64,000 bases of DNA, from assembly GCA_903919315.1 (NCBI GenBank), contig CAIXHP010000014.1, forward strand, positions 296 to 64,295, read 5' to 3'. Under the pieces are notes generated by a model. The model was given only the letters and a program-made list of their open reading frames with translations. It was not told the DNA's origin and made no database searches. A program made the translations under genes and the position numbers. The DNA is from an uncultured Pseudomonadota bacterium (GTDB taxonomy: Bacteria > Pseudomonadota > Alphaproteobacteria > UBA9219). Position 1 is the stretch's first letter, and every line of letters begins with the position of its first letter. Shown one piece after another: positions 1-9,432 of this stretch.

Positions 1-1212
1 GGGTATCAGGCGCTGCGTGAAACCTCCACGGGTTCCAGCAACACAGCGGTCGGCTCTTTTGCGCTTCCTGTCAACACGAGTGGAACCGGCAACACGGCGG
101 TGGGACATAATGCTGGGGCTGTCCTGACGACCGGCAGTTCTAACACGGCGGTCGGAAGGTCGGCGCTCTGGTCCAACGTTACGGGCAACAGCAACACGGC
201 GTATGGATATTCGGCACTCTATTTTACAACGGGCCACACTAATACCGCGATTGGATCTGCTGCAGGACGGAGCATTGTGGCAGGTGGGGGCAATGTTGCC
301 ATCGGCTATTCCGCCCTTAATAATGCCACAAGCACAGCGTTTTCTGGCTCATACAATGTGGTGATCGGGACTTCGGTTGCCAGCACGACGCTGCCCACCG
401 GCAGCGGCTCCTGAAATATTCTGATCGGCACTAGCAGCGCGGTGGATACGCCTGCGGCGGGCACTAACGATTGGATGAACATCGGGAACACGATTTATGC
501 CGACATGGCGGGGATGCATGTGGGGATCGGGAGCGGGACGATCAATGCCGGCGCGGCGCTGGATTTGTCGTCGCAGACGAACTCGCTGCTGCTGCCCACG
601 GGGACGACCGGGCAGAGGCCGACGGCGACCAATGGGATGACGCGGTACAATTCGACCACCAATTTGCTTGAGTTTTATCAGAACGGCGCTTGGGTTAACT
701 ACACGACGGTGTCGGATGCTCGTTTGAAAACAGAGGTTCAGCCGGTGAAGGGCGCGCTGGCGATGGTGGACGAAATGAAGCCGGTTTACTTTAAATGGGA
801 TGCAAAGAATCCGCGCGCTGTCGGTCTGGGCGATGATCGCCGCCACGTCGGTTTCCTTGCGCAGGAATTGGAGACGGTGTTGCCGGAGGTCGTCAACACG
901 GGCGCGGATACCTATCGCAGCGTCGAATACGGCCAGATCGTCGCCGTGGCTGTGGGCGCGATCAAGGAGCTGAAGGCCGAGAACGACAACTTGCGGCAGC
1001 AGGTCGCGGCGTTGCAGGAGACGGCGGCGAAGGGGGCTTTGCGCCCCACGGAAGATTCAGCGGCACTGTCGATGCCTCAAACGGGCGGGGTCGTGCTGTG
1101 GGTCGCGGGGGGAGTCGGCGCGTTGCTGTTGTTCGGCATGGCGGGGCTTGGCACGGTTGTGCTGCGTCTGCGGCGCGATATGATGGCGATGAAGGACAAA
1201 CAGGCCGCCTAG
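1..1212 (+). pseudogene. 5'-partial fibre/adhesin-like repeat protein (YadA-head/Hep_Hag-like NTAxG repeats) with a C-terminal peptidase-S74 intramolecular chaperone domain and a hydrophobic tail. The frame is broken by one in-frame TGA at 412-414.
   Basis: Frame 1 is open from nt 1 (GYQALRETSTGSSNTAVGSFAL...). The repeat pattern continues straight across the stop (NVVIGTSVAS..GSGS*NILIGTSSAV). The stretch SDARLKTEV...HVGFLAQELETVLPEVV...IKELKAENDNLRQQ is typical of tail-fibre/endosialidase chaperone domains. A TM-like segment spans about 1081-1164. Confidence 0.6.
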
Positions 1213-1221
1213 AGGTTCGAC

Positions 1222-2916
1222 ATGATCCCTCCTCACCTTCCTTGGGCGAAGGCCTATCCCGCTTCGGTGGATTGGGGGGCGGAGCTTGTTGGGCGGCCTC
1301 TGTACGCGCTTTTGGACGACGCGGTGCGGGATTATCCCAAGCGGCCGTTTCTGGATTTTCTGGGGAAGATTTATACCTACCGCGAGGTCGGCAAGCTTGT
1401 GGCGCGGGCGGCGCGGGGGTTTCAGGATCTCGGTGTGGGCAAGGGCGACCGTGTGGGGCTGTTCCTTCCCAACTCGCCGTTTTACGTCATTGCGTATTTC
1501 GCGGCGCTGAAGATCGGCGCGACGGTCGTCAATTTTAATCCGCTCTACGCCGAGGATGAGGTCAAGCACCAGATCAACGATGCCGAGGTCAGCGTGATGG
1601 TCACGCTCGATATGCCGTTGCTGTATGACAAGCTGGTGAAGGTCTGCGGCGCGACCTGCCTCAAGCGCATCGTCGTGGGGCGCATGACGGATATTTTGCC
1701 GACGCTGTTGGCGCTGGTTTATCCGGCGGTGAAATTCCGCGACGTGGCATCGCTCGCGCCGGGGTCGGTTTTGTTCAGCGATTTGCTGGACAACGACGGC
1801 GACTATGCGCCTGCGCCGATTGATCCGTTCAACGATGTCGCCGTGTTGCAATACACCGGCGGCACGACGGGTCTGCCCAAGGGCGCGATGCTGACGCACG
1901 CCAATCTGGCGGTCAACGCGATGCAGTCGCGGTTGCTCGTGCCGCGCGTCGCGTTCGGGCAGGAGAGGATGCTGGGCGTGCTGCCCTTTTTCCATGTGTT
2001 CGCCATGACGGTGGTGATGAACGTCGCCATTCTGATGGGCGGGGTCATCATTCTGTTGCCGCGCTTTGATCTGTCGCAGGTCGTCAAGACCATTCACAAA
2101 AAGCGCCCGACGATCTTTCCCGCCGTGCCGACGATCTACACGGCGATCAATCATTACAAGGACTTGAAGGAATATGATTTGTCTTCTATCCGCTATTGCA
2201 TCTCAGGCGGCGCGCCTTTGCCGGTGGAGGTGAAGCGGGACTTTGAGGCTTTGACCGGCTGCGTGTTGGTCGAGGGCTATGGGCTTTCGGAGACTTCGCC
2301 GGTGGTGAGCTGCAATCCGGTTGACGGCGTGAACAAGGCGGGGTCGATTGGGCTGCCGGTGCCGGGGACGTATATCGACATCGTGTCGCTGGACGACAAC
2401 ACGACCCTTTTGCCGCCCGGCGAGCGCGGCGAGGTGTGTTTGCGTGGGCCGCAGGTGATGAAGGGCTATTGGAAACAGCCGCAGGAAACGGCGGGCGTGT
2501 TGCGGACGGTGGCGGCGGCCGAGGGGCCGTCCGTGCAGCTCCGCACTGGCGATGTCGGCTATATGGACGAAGACGGCTACACCTTCATCGTGGATCGCAT
2601 CAAGGACATGATCACGGCGGGCGGGTTCAAAGTCTATCCGCGTCATGTCGAGGAGGCGATTTATCTCCACCCCTCCGTCGAGGAATGCGTCGTTGTGGGC
2701 GTGCCGGACGAATACCGTGGCCAGACGGTCAAAGCCTTCATCAAATTACGAGCGGGGCAGGTTTTGACGCGTGAGGAGTTGGTCGCGTTCCTTCGCGACA
2801 AACTCTCGCCCATCGAAATGCCGAAACAGGTCGCGTTCCGCGACAACTTGCCCAAGACGGCGATTGGCAAGCTGTCACGCAAGATGTTACTGGAGGAGGA
2901 AGCGCGGAAGGCTTGA
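1222..2916 (+). CDS. fadD: long-chain acyl-CoA synthetase (AMP-dependent ligase)
   Basis: 564-aa ORF with the AMP-binding signature LQYTGGTTGLPKGAMLTH, plus GYGLSETSP and TGDVGYMDEDGYTFIVDRIKD motifs. Confidence 0.88.
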   Translation: MIPPHLPWAKAYPASVDWGAELVGRPLYALLDDAVRDYPKRPFLDFLGKIYTYREVGKLVARAARGFQDLGVGKGDRVGLFLPNSPFYVIAYFAALKIGATVVNFNPLYAEDEVKHQINDAEVSVMVTLDMPLLYDKLVKVCGATCLKRIVVGRMTDILPTLLALVYPAVKFRDVASLAPGSVLFSDLLDNDGDYAPAPIDPFNDVAVLQYTGGTTGLPKGAMLTHANLAVNAMQSRLLVPRVAFGQERMLGVLPFFHVFAMTVVMNVAILMGGVIILLPRFDLSQVVKTIHKKRPTIFPAVPTIYTAINHYKDLKEYDLSSIRYCISGGAPLPVEVKRDFEALTGCVLVEGYGLSETSPVVSCNPVDGVNKAGSIGLPVPGTYIDIVSLDDNTTLLPPGERGEVCLRGPQVMKGYWKQPQETAGVLRTVAAAEGPSVQLRTGDVGYMDEDGYTFIVDRIKDMITAGGFKVYPRHVEEAIYLHPSVEECVVVGVPDEYRGQTVKAFIKLRAGQVLTREELVAFLRDKLSPIEMPKQVAFRDNLPKTAIGKLSRKMLLEEEARKA

Positions 2917-2922
2917 GGTTTG

Positions 2923-3147
2923 TCAGTTCAAGCCGATGCAATATGAACATCCACGCTGTTCCAGCCGTGTTACTTGCGAAAGCGGCAGTCGTTCTCTTCT
3001 TATCGGAGCTTTCGGGCGGTCGGGGTCTCCGAACTCGACGAGGACCTGGGACCACATATTGCGGGTGACCAGACCTGTGCGATTGCCAAGTGTGGGGTGG
3101 TCTTTGCTTACAGCCACAATATCGCCGACTTCGAAGTAATCCGTCAT
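2923..3147 (-). CDS. small hypothetical protein (74 aa), last gene of the COG0523-WD40 transcription unit
   Basis: AAGGAAAG Shine-Dalgarno about 8 nt upstream of the ATG. It lies 30 nt downstream of the WD40 gene on the same strand. No recognisable motif. Confidence 0.45.
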   Translation of the reverse strand: MTDYFEVGDIVAVSKDHPTLGNRTGLVTRNMWSQVLVEFGDPDRPKAPIRRERLPLSQVTRLEQRGCSYCIGLN

Positions 3148-3176
3148 TCTGATAATCTTTCCTTGGTAAGAGCCGT

Positions 3177-4244
3177 TTACATGCCCCGTGCCGCCCGGCT
3201 TACGCTGGCGAGGGTGAAGAGGAGAAGGTTTCCGTTTTCCAGTCCGGCGAACAGGCAGTCGCCTGCGGCGTTCCAGACCAGACCGGTCACGGCGCAGCCT
3301 TGCGGTGCGAGGGGATATTGCAGCATGACTTCCATGCGTCCGTCAAGGGGGGCGAGGATGATCATGCCGTCGTCATAGCCCGCCGCTACCAGTTCGTCAC
3401 GCGGGTGCGGCGCGACGCGGGTGACGAGGTGGCCGTCGCTGCCGCCCAAGGTCATGGGCGCTTTGCCCCATGGCCCGCCGCCGAAGAAGGGCCAGCAGAT
3501 CACTTGTTCCGCGCCGCTGGTTGCCAGATATTTGCCGCGCGCGGTAAAGGCGAGGGAATGGATTTTGGCGGCGTAACCCTGCATCTGCATTTCCGCCATG
3601 TCGGACAGCCGCCAGCCGTGCAGCGCCGACTCCTGCATGCCGGTGACGACCATTTTGCCGTCGGGGCTCCACAGGACGGGCAGGTGCGAGCCTTTCCATT
3701 CCAGCCGTGACGGTGCGGAGTCCTTCGCGTTCATCCACCACAGGGACACGCCGTTGTAATGGCTGGCGGCCAGACGTTTGCCGTTGGGGCTGAAGGCGAG
3801 GCCGCCGATGCTGCTGGGGTGCGTCAGGGGCTGGCCGTGCGGTTGGCCTTCGGCGTTCAACACATGCGCCGTTTTGCCGATGCTGTAGGCGCGGAGGCCT
3901 TCGGGGGACGAGGCGACATGGTCGATCCATTGCTGTTTATGCTCGACGAGCAAGGTCGGCGCGTCGAGTTCGGGGTCGATGATAAAGGCTTTGCCATCGT
4001 CGCCGCCGGACAAAAAGGCGTGGTCGTCCGCGTCCGCTTGCAGCGACAGCGACACGCCGTCATGCAGCGGGAGCAGCTTGGGCGCGTCGGCTTCGTCGCT
4101 TGCGGGAAGGAGGCGCACCGAACCGTCGCCGAGCGTCGCCGCGATCCAGTTCCCGCGCCGGTTGCAGGCGATGGCGGTGACGGAAACGCGAAAATCCCAT
4201 TGGCGGGCGATGGCGGAGGCGGGGCGCATGCTTATGCCACGCAC
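3177..4244 (-). CDS. WD40/beta-propeller repeat protein
   Basis: Repeated GDGSVRLL / [12 protein letters not shown] / SPDGK...TG blocks typical of WD40-like propellers. An alternative start at 4229 would remove the overlap with the upstream gene. Confidence 0.72.
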   Translation of the reverse strand: MRGISMRPASAIARQWDFRVSVTAIACNRRGNWIAATLGDGSVRLLPASDEADAPKLLPLHDGVSLSLQADADDHAFLSGGDDGKAFIIDPELDAPTLLVEHKQQWIDHVASSPEGLRAYSIGKTAHVLNAEGQPHGQPLTHPSSIGGLAFSPNGKRLAASHYNGVSLWWMNAKDSAPSRLEWKGSHLPVLWSPDGKMVVTGMQESALHGWRLSDMAEMQMQGYAAKIHSLAFTARGKYLATSGAEQVICWPFFGGGPWGKAPMTLGGSDGHLVTRVAPHPRDELVAAGYDDGMIILAPLDGRMEVMLQYPLAPQGCAVTGLVWNAAGDCLFAGLENGNLLLFTLASVSRAARGM

Positions 4245-5284
4245 GCCGCAAAGCCGTCGCGGAGGGCTTGCTCGTCCAGTTTGCGGCCGATGAAGACGAG
4301 GCGGCTTTGGCGTTTGGCGTCGGCGGGCCAGGGGGCGAGGTTGCTGCCGTCCATCATCATATGCACGCCTTGCAGCACAAAACGCTGGTCGCTGCCTTGC
4401 AGGTCGAGGATGCCTTTGTAGCGCAGCAAGTCGTTGCCCTTGGTGGCGCGGAGTTCGCCGATCCAGTCTTCGAATTTGGCGGGGTCGAGCGGTTTGTCGG
4501 CGCGGAGCGAGACGCTGGTTATGGTCGGATCGTGGCGTTCGTGTTTGGGTTCGTCATGATGGTGGTGGTGATGGCCGCATTGGCAGTGGCCGCCGCAGCC
4601 GTGGTTGTGATGATGTTCGTGTTCGTCTTCGTCTTCGTCGTGCAGAAACGTGGGCGTGTGCGCGAGGATGCGGTCGAGGTCGAAGCCGCCGAGGCCCAGA
4701 ATATGTTCCAACGGCGCGTTGCCGCGTTCGGCGCGGACGATGCGGGCAAAGCGGTTGATGGCGTGGATGTCGTTTTCCAGCTGCGCCAATTCCTCCGCGC
4801 TGACCAAATCGGTTTTGTTGAGGACGATGGTGTCGGCAAAGGCGATCTGTTCTTCGGCTTCGCGCGAGTCCCTGAGGCGCAGCGGCAGATGCTTGGCATC
4901 CACCACGGTGACAATGCTGTCCAGCTTGGCGCGGGCCGCGATGTCGGCATCGACGAAAAAGGTTTGCGCCACGGGGGCGGGGTCGGCGAGGCCGGTGGTT
5001 TCGATCAGAATGCCGTCAAATCCGGCGGCGCGTTTCAGCAAGCCCGCGATGACGCGGATCAAATCCCCGCGCACGGTGCAGCAGATGCAGCCGTTGTTCA
5101 TCTCAAAAATCTCTTCGTCGCTGCCGACCACCAACTGGTTGTCGATGCCGATTTCGCCGAACTCGTTGACGATCACGGCGTATTTCTTGCCGTGCGGTTC
5201 CGACAGAATGTGGTTGAGCAACGTGGTCTTGCCCGCGCCGAGATAGCCGGTGAGGACGGTGACGGGGATTTTGGCGTCGGTCAT
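4232..5284 (-). CDS. COG0523-family G3E GTPase (CobW/ZigA-like putative zinc metallochaperone) with a His-rich insert
   Basis: Walker [16 protein letters not shown], CxCC motif GCICCT, and the His-rich stretch [31 protein letters not shown]. Confidence 0.9.
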   Translation of the reverse strand: MTDAKIPVTVLTGYLGAGKTTLLNHILSEPHGKKYAVIVNEFGEIGIDNQLVVGSDEEIFEMNNGCICCTVRGDLIRVIAGLLKRAAGFDGILIETTGLADPAPVAQTFFVDADIAARAKLDSIVTVVDAKHLPLRLRDSREAEEQIAFADTIVLNKTDLVSAEELAQLENDIHAINRFARIVRAERGNAPLEHILGLGGFDLDRILAHTPTFLHDEDEDEHEHHHNHGCGGHCQCGHHHHHHDEPKHERHDPTITSVSLRADKPLDPAKFEDWIGELRATKGNDLLRYKGILDLQGSDQRFVLQGVHMMMDGSNLAPWPADAKRQSRLVFIGRKLDEQALRDGFAACVA

Positions 5285-5403
5285 GGGGCTTTGCCATTCT
5301 GGGTTACGGGGTTGGGATGGCTATAACCTTCTTGCCGCAGCGTTTCAAGGCGTGTGCGGTGGGGCATTGAGGGTTTAGGTCTGATCCATCGATTCAAAAA
5401 ATG

Positions 5404-5500
5404 GGATGCCCGCCTTCGCGGGCATGACGGAATTTGTGTTTGAATTCAATCACTTGTCGTCATCCCCGCGAAGGCGGGGATCCCGTTCGGTTTCTTCTTT
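5404..5500. repeat. Family A modular hairpin repeat (two GC-hairpins plus conserved spacer)
   Basis: Contains ATGCCCGC-cttc-GCGGGCAT and ATCCCCGC-gaag-GCGGGGAT. It is the reverse-oriented near-copy of 37705-37814. Confidence 0.85.
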
Positions 5501-5618
5501 TATGACCGATTTCTGCGGCGCTGGTTCTTTCCTTCGCGGGAATGACATGGGCGGGAAAATTCGGTTCCTCAAGGGCGGGGCATACCCTAAGGTTCTCGCG
5601 CAGGGGGAGCGCATCGTT

Positions 5619-6194
5619 ATGTTGGATAAAGCGGACTATGGCTATTTGTCGATGGCGCTGGTTGCCGCCATAGCGGTGCCTTACTGGCGGTTGATGTTTT
5701 TGGGCAAGACGAAACCCCATGTTTTTTCGTGGATCATCTGGGGCTTGACCGAGGGCATCGGCGCGGCGGGGCGTTACGCCGAGGAAGCGGGGCCGGGCAT
5801 GTGGGGCGATGCTCTTGGCGCGGTTTTCTGCTTTTCCGTTGCCGTGTTGGGCATCTTTTGGGGCGAGAAGCGGATCACGCGGAGCGATGTTGTGTTTTTT
5901 GTGGGGGCCTTGGCGGCGATTCCCCTTTGGTATTTCACGGCGGATCCGTTGACGGCGATCATCCTCGTGGTGGGCATCGATGTGGTCGGGTATTATCCGA
6001 CGGCGCGGAAGTCCTTCCTTCGGCCGCAGGAGGAAGCGACGTATGCCTATGCTCTTTACATCGTTGTGGCTGGTTTAGCCTTGGCCGCCAGCGAGACCTA
6101 TTCTTTCGCGACGATGCTGGCACCGATCACGATGATTGTCGGCAATACCTTGCTGGTGGGTATGATCTGGTGGCGACGCGCCGTTACAAGATGA
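5619..6194 (+). CDS. hypothetical multi-pass membrane protein
   Basis: Hydrophobic segments run throughout. I moved the start to ATG 5619 (GGGGGAG upstream) because the longer ORF's N-terminus is encoded by the family A repeat. Confidence 0.55.
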   Translation: MLDKADYGYLSMALVAAIAVPYWRLMFLGKTKPHVFSWIIWGLTEGIGAAGRYAEEAGPGMWGDALGAVFCFSVAVLGIFWGEKRITRSDVVFFVGALAAIPLWYFTADPLTAIILVVGIDVVGYYPTARKSFLRPQEEATYAYALYIVVAGLALAASETYSFATMLAPITMIVGNTLLVGMIWWRRAVTR

Positions 6195-7500
6195 ATTTCG
6201 ACAGATCGACGTTTTTGGCGAAGTCGTTGAGGCGGGCTTGGACGTAGGCGGCGTCGATGGCGACGGCGGTGCCGGGTTTGTCGCTGGCATCAAAGCTGAC
6301 TTCTTCAAGCAGGCGTTCCAGCAACGTGTGCAGGCGGCGCGCGCCGATGTTTTCCACGCTGGCGTTGACCTCGGCGGCGAGGCGGGCCAGCTCGTCGATG
6401 GATTCCGGCGTAAAGGTCAGCGTCACCTGTTCGGTCGCCAACAGCGCCGTGTATTGTTTGATGAGGCTGGCTTCGGGTTCCGTTAGGATGCGTTTGAAGT
6501 CCTCGCGGGACAGGGCTTGCAGCTCGACGCGGATCGGCAGACGGCCTTGCAGTTCCGGCAGCAGGTCGCTCGGCTTCGCCAGATGGAACGCGCCCGACGC
6601 GATGAACAGGATGTGGTCGGTATGCACCATGCCGTATTTGGTGGACACGGTCGTGCCTTCGATCAGCGGCAACAGGTCGCGTTGCACGCCTTCGCGGCTC
6701 ACGTCGCCGCCGCCGCGAAATTCGCTGCCGCGCGAGGCGATTTTGTCGATTTCGTCGATGAATACGATGCCGTTCTGCTCGGCGTTGAGGATCGCCTCGG
6801 TCACCAGCTTGTCTTGATCCAGCAATTTGTCGGATTCTTCGGCCATCAGGACTTCGTGCGCGTCCTTGACGGTCAGCTTGCGGGTTTTGGTGCGCTGGCC
6901 AAAGGCTTTGCCGAACACGTCGCCCAGATTGATCATGCCCATCTGCGCTCCCGGCATGCCCGGCACGTCAAAGGTGGGCAAGCCGCCCGCGCCGGAGTCC
7001 TGAACCTGAATCTCGATCTCGCGGTCGTTCAGCTCGCCGTTGTGCAGCATGTGGCGGAATTTGGCGCGTGTTTCCGGCGTGGCGCTTTCGCCGACCAGCG
7101 CGTCGAGCACGCGCTCTTCGGCGGCGTGCTGCGCCTTGGCCGTCACGTTCTTGCGGTTCTTCTCGCGCGTGAGTTTGAGGGAAATTTCGATCAGGTCGCG
7201 GATAATCTGCTCGACATCGCGGCCCACATAGCCGACTTCGGTGAATTTCGTCGCTTCGACTTTCAGGAACGGGGCTTCGGCCAGCTTCGCCAGACGGCGC
7301 GCGATTTCGGTTTTGCCCACGCCGGTCGGGCCGATCATCAGGATGTTTTTGGGCAGGACTTCGTCGCGCAGAGCCTCTGGCAACTGCTGCCGCCGCCAGC
7401 GGTTGCGCAGGGCGATGGCCACGGCGCGTTTGGCGTCGTTTTGGCCGACGATATAGCGGTCGAGTTCGGCGACGGTTTCGCGGGGGGACAGATGGGTCAT
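6184..7500 (-). CDS. hslU: ATP-dependent protease ATPase subunit HslU
   Basis: N-terminus [40 protein letters not shown], Walker [16 protein letters not shown], and [10 protein letters not shown]. Confidence 0.97.
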   Translation of the reverse strand: MTHLSPRETVAELDRYIVGQNDAKRAVAIALRNRWRRQQLPEALRDEVLPKNILMIGPTGVGKTEIARRLAKLAEAPFLKVEATKFTEVGYVGRDVEQIIRDLIEISLKLTREKNRKNVTAKAQHAAEERVLDALVGESATPETRAKFRHMLHNGELNDREIEIQVQDSGAGGLPTFDVPGMPGAQMGMINLGDVFGKAFGQRTKTRKLTVKDAHEVLMAEESDKLLDQDKLVTEAILNAEQNGIVFIDEIDKIASRGSEFRGGGDVSREGVQRDLLPLIEGTTVSTKYGMVHTDHILFIASGAFHLAKPSDLLPELQGRLPIRVELQALSREDFKRILTEPEASLIKQYTALLATEQVTLTFTPESIDELARLAAEVNASVENIGARRLHTLLERLLEEVSFDASDKPGTAVAIDAAYVQARLNDFAKNVDLSKFIL

Positions 7501-8066
7501 AGCTCGATCGCTTCCAAGGTCACGCTGGTGTTGGTGAAGACGCAGATTCCGGCGGCGATGCCCAGCGCCTTGCGGGCGATGGTTTCGGCGTCGAGGTCGG
7601 GCAGGTCGATGAGGGCGCGGGCGGCGGACAGCGCGTAGGGGCCGCCGGAGCCGATGCCGATGAGGCCGTCTTCCGGTTCCAACGCATCGCCGTTGCCGCT
7701 GAGGATCAGGCTGGTGTTCTTGTCCGCCACGGCCATCATGGCTTCGAGGCGGCGCAGGTAGCGATCGGTGCGCCAGTCTTTCGCCATTTCGACGCAGGCG
7801 CGCATCAGTTGGCCCGGATGCTTTTCCAGTTTGCCTTCCAACCGTTCGAACAGCGCGAAGGCATCGGCGGTGGCTCCGGCGAATCCGGCGATCACGTCGC
7901 TGCCGGACACGCCTGATTTGAGCCGCCTGACTTTACGCGCGTTGCCCTTGAGGATGGTGTTGCCCAGCGATACTTGCCCATCACCTGCGATGACGACGCG
8001 ATTGCCTTTGCGCACGGCGAGGATGGTCGTGCCGTGCCACACGGGGTTGATGGCGCTGTCGGTCAT
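7497..8066 (-). CDS. hslV: ATP-dependent protease peptidase subunit HslV
   Basis: Contains [26 protein letters not shown]. The start is set at [14 protein letters not shown], and the longer ORF looks like a 5' extension. It overlaps hslU by 4 nt. Confidence 0.92.
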   Translation of the reverse strand: MTDSAINPVWHGTTILAVRKGNRVVIAGDGQVSLGNTILKGNARKVRRLKSGVSGSDVIAGFAGATADAFALFERLEGKLEKHPGQLMRACVEMAKDWRTDRYLRRLEAMMAVADKNTSLILSGNGDALEPEDGLIGIGSGGPYALSAARALIDLPDLDAETIARKALGIAAGICVFTNTSVTLEAIEL

Positions 8067-8120
8067 GGTGTGTCCGGTCTCAAAGGGTTGGGGGCCAAAG
8101 TCGTTCGTCGTACTCATTCC

Positions 8121-8149
8121 AAATGGGGATGAATGCGGCTTTTGGCAAG
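8121..8149 (-). promoter_or_regulatory. candidate sigma32 (RpoH) promoter of hslVU
   Basis: The minus strand reads CTTGCCA-N14-CCCCATTT, against the heat-shock consensus CTTGAAA-N13-15-CCCCATNT. It lies about 55 nt upstream of the hslV start. Confidence 0.45.
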
Positions 8150-8205
8150 AGGCTTGTTTTTTGGTAGGATCGAGGAATCGCGTCCTTTGGCCCCCGGAGC
8201 ATCCC

Positions 8206-8565
8206 ATGGCTTATGATCCCGACAATGTTTTTGCCCGTATTCTGCGCGGTGAGATTCCCTGCAAAAAGATTTGCGAGGATACGGTCACGCTGGCTTTTCA
8301 CGACATCAACCCAAAGGCTCCGACGCATGCGTTGGTGATTCCTAAGGGGGCTTACGTCGATCACAATGATTTTGCGGCGCGGGCGACCGATGCCGAAATC
8401 GCAAGCCTTGAGCGGATGGTGGGCAAGGTGGCCGACATGCTGGGCGTGAGTGAGGGGGGCTATCGCCTAATCTCAAACTGCGGCGGCAACGCGCATCAGG
8501 ACGTGCCGCACTATCATGTGCACATCCTTGGTGGCCGCGCGTTGGGGCCGATGCTGGCGAAATAA
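8206..8565 (+). CDS. HIT-family (histidine triad) nucleotide hydrolase
   Basis: N-terminus [21 protein letters not shown] and histidine triad HYHVHILGG. Confidence 0.9.
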   Translation: MAYDPDNVFARILRGEIPCKKICEDTVTLAFHDINPKAPTHALVIPKGAYVDHNDFAARATDAEIASLERMVGKVADMLGVSEGGYRLISNCGGNAHQDVPHYHVHILGGRALGPMLAK

Positions 8566-8592
8566 AAAAGGCGCACAGGGGTGCGCCTTTTT
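8566..8592. terminator. rho-independent terminator hairpin after the HIT gene
   Basis: AGGCGCAC-aggg-GTGCGCCT followed by TTTT, with an A-run on the 5' side (possibly bidirectional). Confidence 0.6.
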
Positions 8593-8613
8593 GGGGTGAG
8601 TGTTTGGCGTGGG

Positions 8614-8793
8614 TTACATGTGATGTTCTAGCTGTCTACCTTTCGGGCCTTCGCTGACCTGAACCTGAGCCGTTGGGGTGGTTATGTTGAGTTTGCCCGG
8701 GCGGTCATAAATGGTCTCCGGCATATCATAAAAAACAAGGTCTCCGGATTGAGCCACTGTCCTGCGAGCCACATTTCTTGCGCCATAGACCAT
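8614..8793 (-). CDS. small hypothetical protein (59 aa) in an AT-rich spacer
   Basis: ATG at 8793 preceded by GGAGG with a 5-nt spacer. No recognisable motif. Confidence 0.4.
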   Translation of the reverse strand: MVYGARNVARRTVAQSGDLVFYDMPETIYDRPGKLNITTPTAQVQVSEGPKGRQLEHHM

Positions 8794-8846
8794 TTTCGCC
8801 TCCACCCAAATATTCCTAACTACATGCCTATTAAAGCGCGAAAGAA

Positions 8847-8861
8847 TTAATTTGAGGTTAA
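8847..8861. promoter_or_regulatory. TTAA-N7-TTAA (CtrA-box-like) site
   Basis: TTAAtttgaggTTAA, about 55 nt upstream of the 8793 start codon. The match is only to the generic alphaproteobacterial CtrA consensus TTAA-N7-TTAAC. Confidence 0.25.
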
Positions 8862-8999
8862 TTACTAAGGGTTTGATAAAACTGAGTTTATAGTTTCTCA
8901 GTTCTGGTTAATGCGGGGTTGTCGGGGCTGTGGGGCGGGCAGCAAAAAGGCGCGCCATCTTCTTTGGAGCCGCACAACGCCATACAACGACTTCCACGG

Positions 9000-9170
9000 C
9001 TATTTGGGAGCCCGATTGTCGTTCCCTAACTTCTTTTTTGGGTCTACAGGGCGCAAACTGTGTGCACGGCCGTCTTCATGGATCATGATTACGTTGTCGA
9101 AATTAAACTCTTCCATTTTAATAGTTAAAAGAGTGCCCGTAAACTTTGGTGCTGTAAAATTTCTTGCCAT
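9000..9170 (-). CDS. small hypothetical protein (56 aa), below the ORF-track cutoff
   Basis: Hand-translated as MARNFTAPKFTGTLLTIKMEEFNFDNVIMIHEDGRAHSLRPVDPKKKLGNDNRAPK. GGGAG sits upstream of the ATG. The context is AT-rich. Confidence 0.3.
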   Translation of the reverse strand: MARNFTAPKFTGTLLTIKMEEFNFDNVIMIHEDGRAHSLRPVDPKKKLGNDNRAPK

Positions 9171-9432
9171 TCTATGCTCCCAACCCTTCGGAAAACGACT
9201 GCGCGAACCTTTTGGTTACGAAATGACTAACTTAAAAGTAATCCACGATCTCCCGAAATGCAATAAGGTTTTTGTAAAAATTAGTAGCGTAGATGGTTTT
9301 TTAACCAATTTTGACAAATTGTTGTTGTTTTTCTTGGCAAATTCTTAACCGGATGCGTTGGGCTGGCGCTGGGGCGCGGGGTGACGTACAAAGCGATTCG
9401 GTTGTTTCCCCCCTTTTGGAATGGTGTTCCCT

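Noticed and set aside
412-414. TGA reassigned as a sense codon (genetic code 4/25) or selenocysteine.
   Set aside because: TGA terminates several well-delimited genes in the window, including fadD, the XRE gene and petB. I did not recognise a SECIS-like hairpin immediately downstream, and the context is a structural repeat rather than a redox motif. A nonsense mutation or a sequencing error is more parsimonious.
1057-2154. Long antisense ORFs overlapping well-supported genes: 1057-2154(-), 9442-10764(-), 10694-11860(-), 24699-25700(-), 28341-29606(-), 30005-31726(+), 35505-37019(-), 45494-46771(-), 53298-54452(-), 57691-59538(+) and many shorter ones.
   Set aside because: These are typical high-GC shadow frames. 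Their translations are Arg/Ala/Gly/Pro-rich with no motifs, while the opposite strand encodes clearly recognisable conserved proteins.
5406-5618. N-terminal 71 aa of ORF 5406-6194, and ORFs 37576-37776, 37639-37956, 46986-47207 and 51446-51634, which contain peptides such as MPAFAGMT, SSPRRRGS and VIPAKAGIP.
   Set aside because: These peptides are translations of the family A hairpin repeats in different frames and orientations, so they are not genes.
7497-8207. 236-aa version of HslV, and similar long versions of HIT (7768-8565), groES (34734-35216), gatB (45281-46963), hemW (10661-11896), lpxD (24585-25793) and rsmI (17033-18175).
   Set aside because: The conserved N-termini of these families begin at internal start codons. 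The upstream extensions overlap neighbouring genes or intergenic or promoter sequence.
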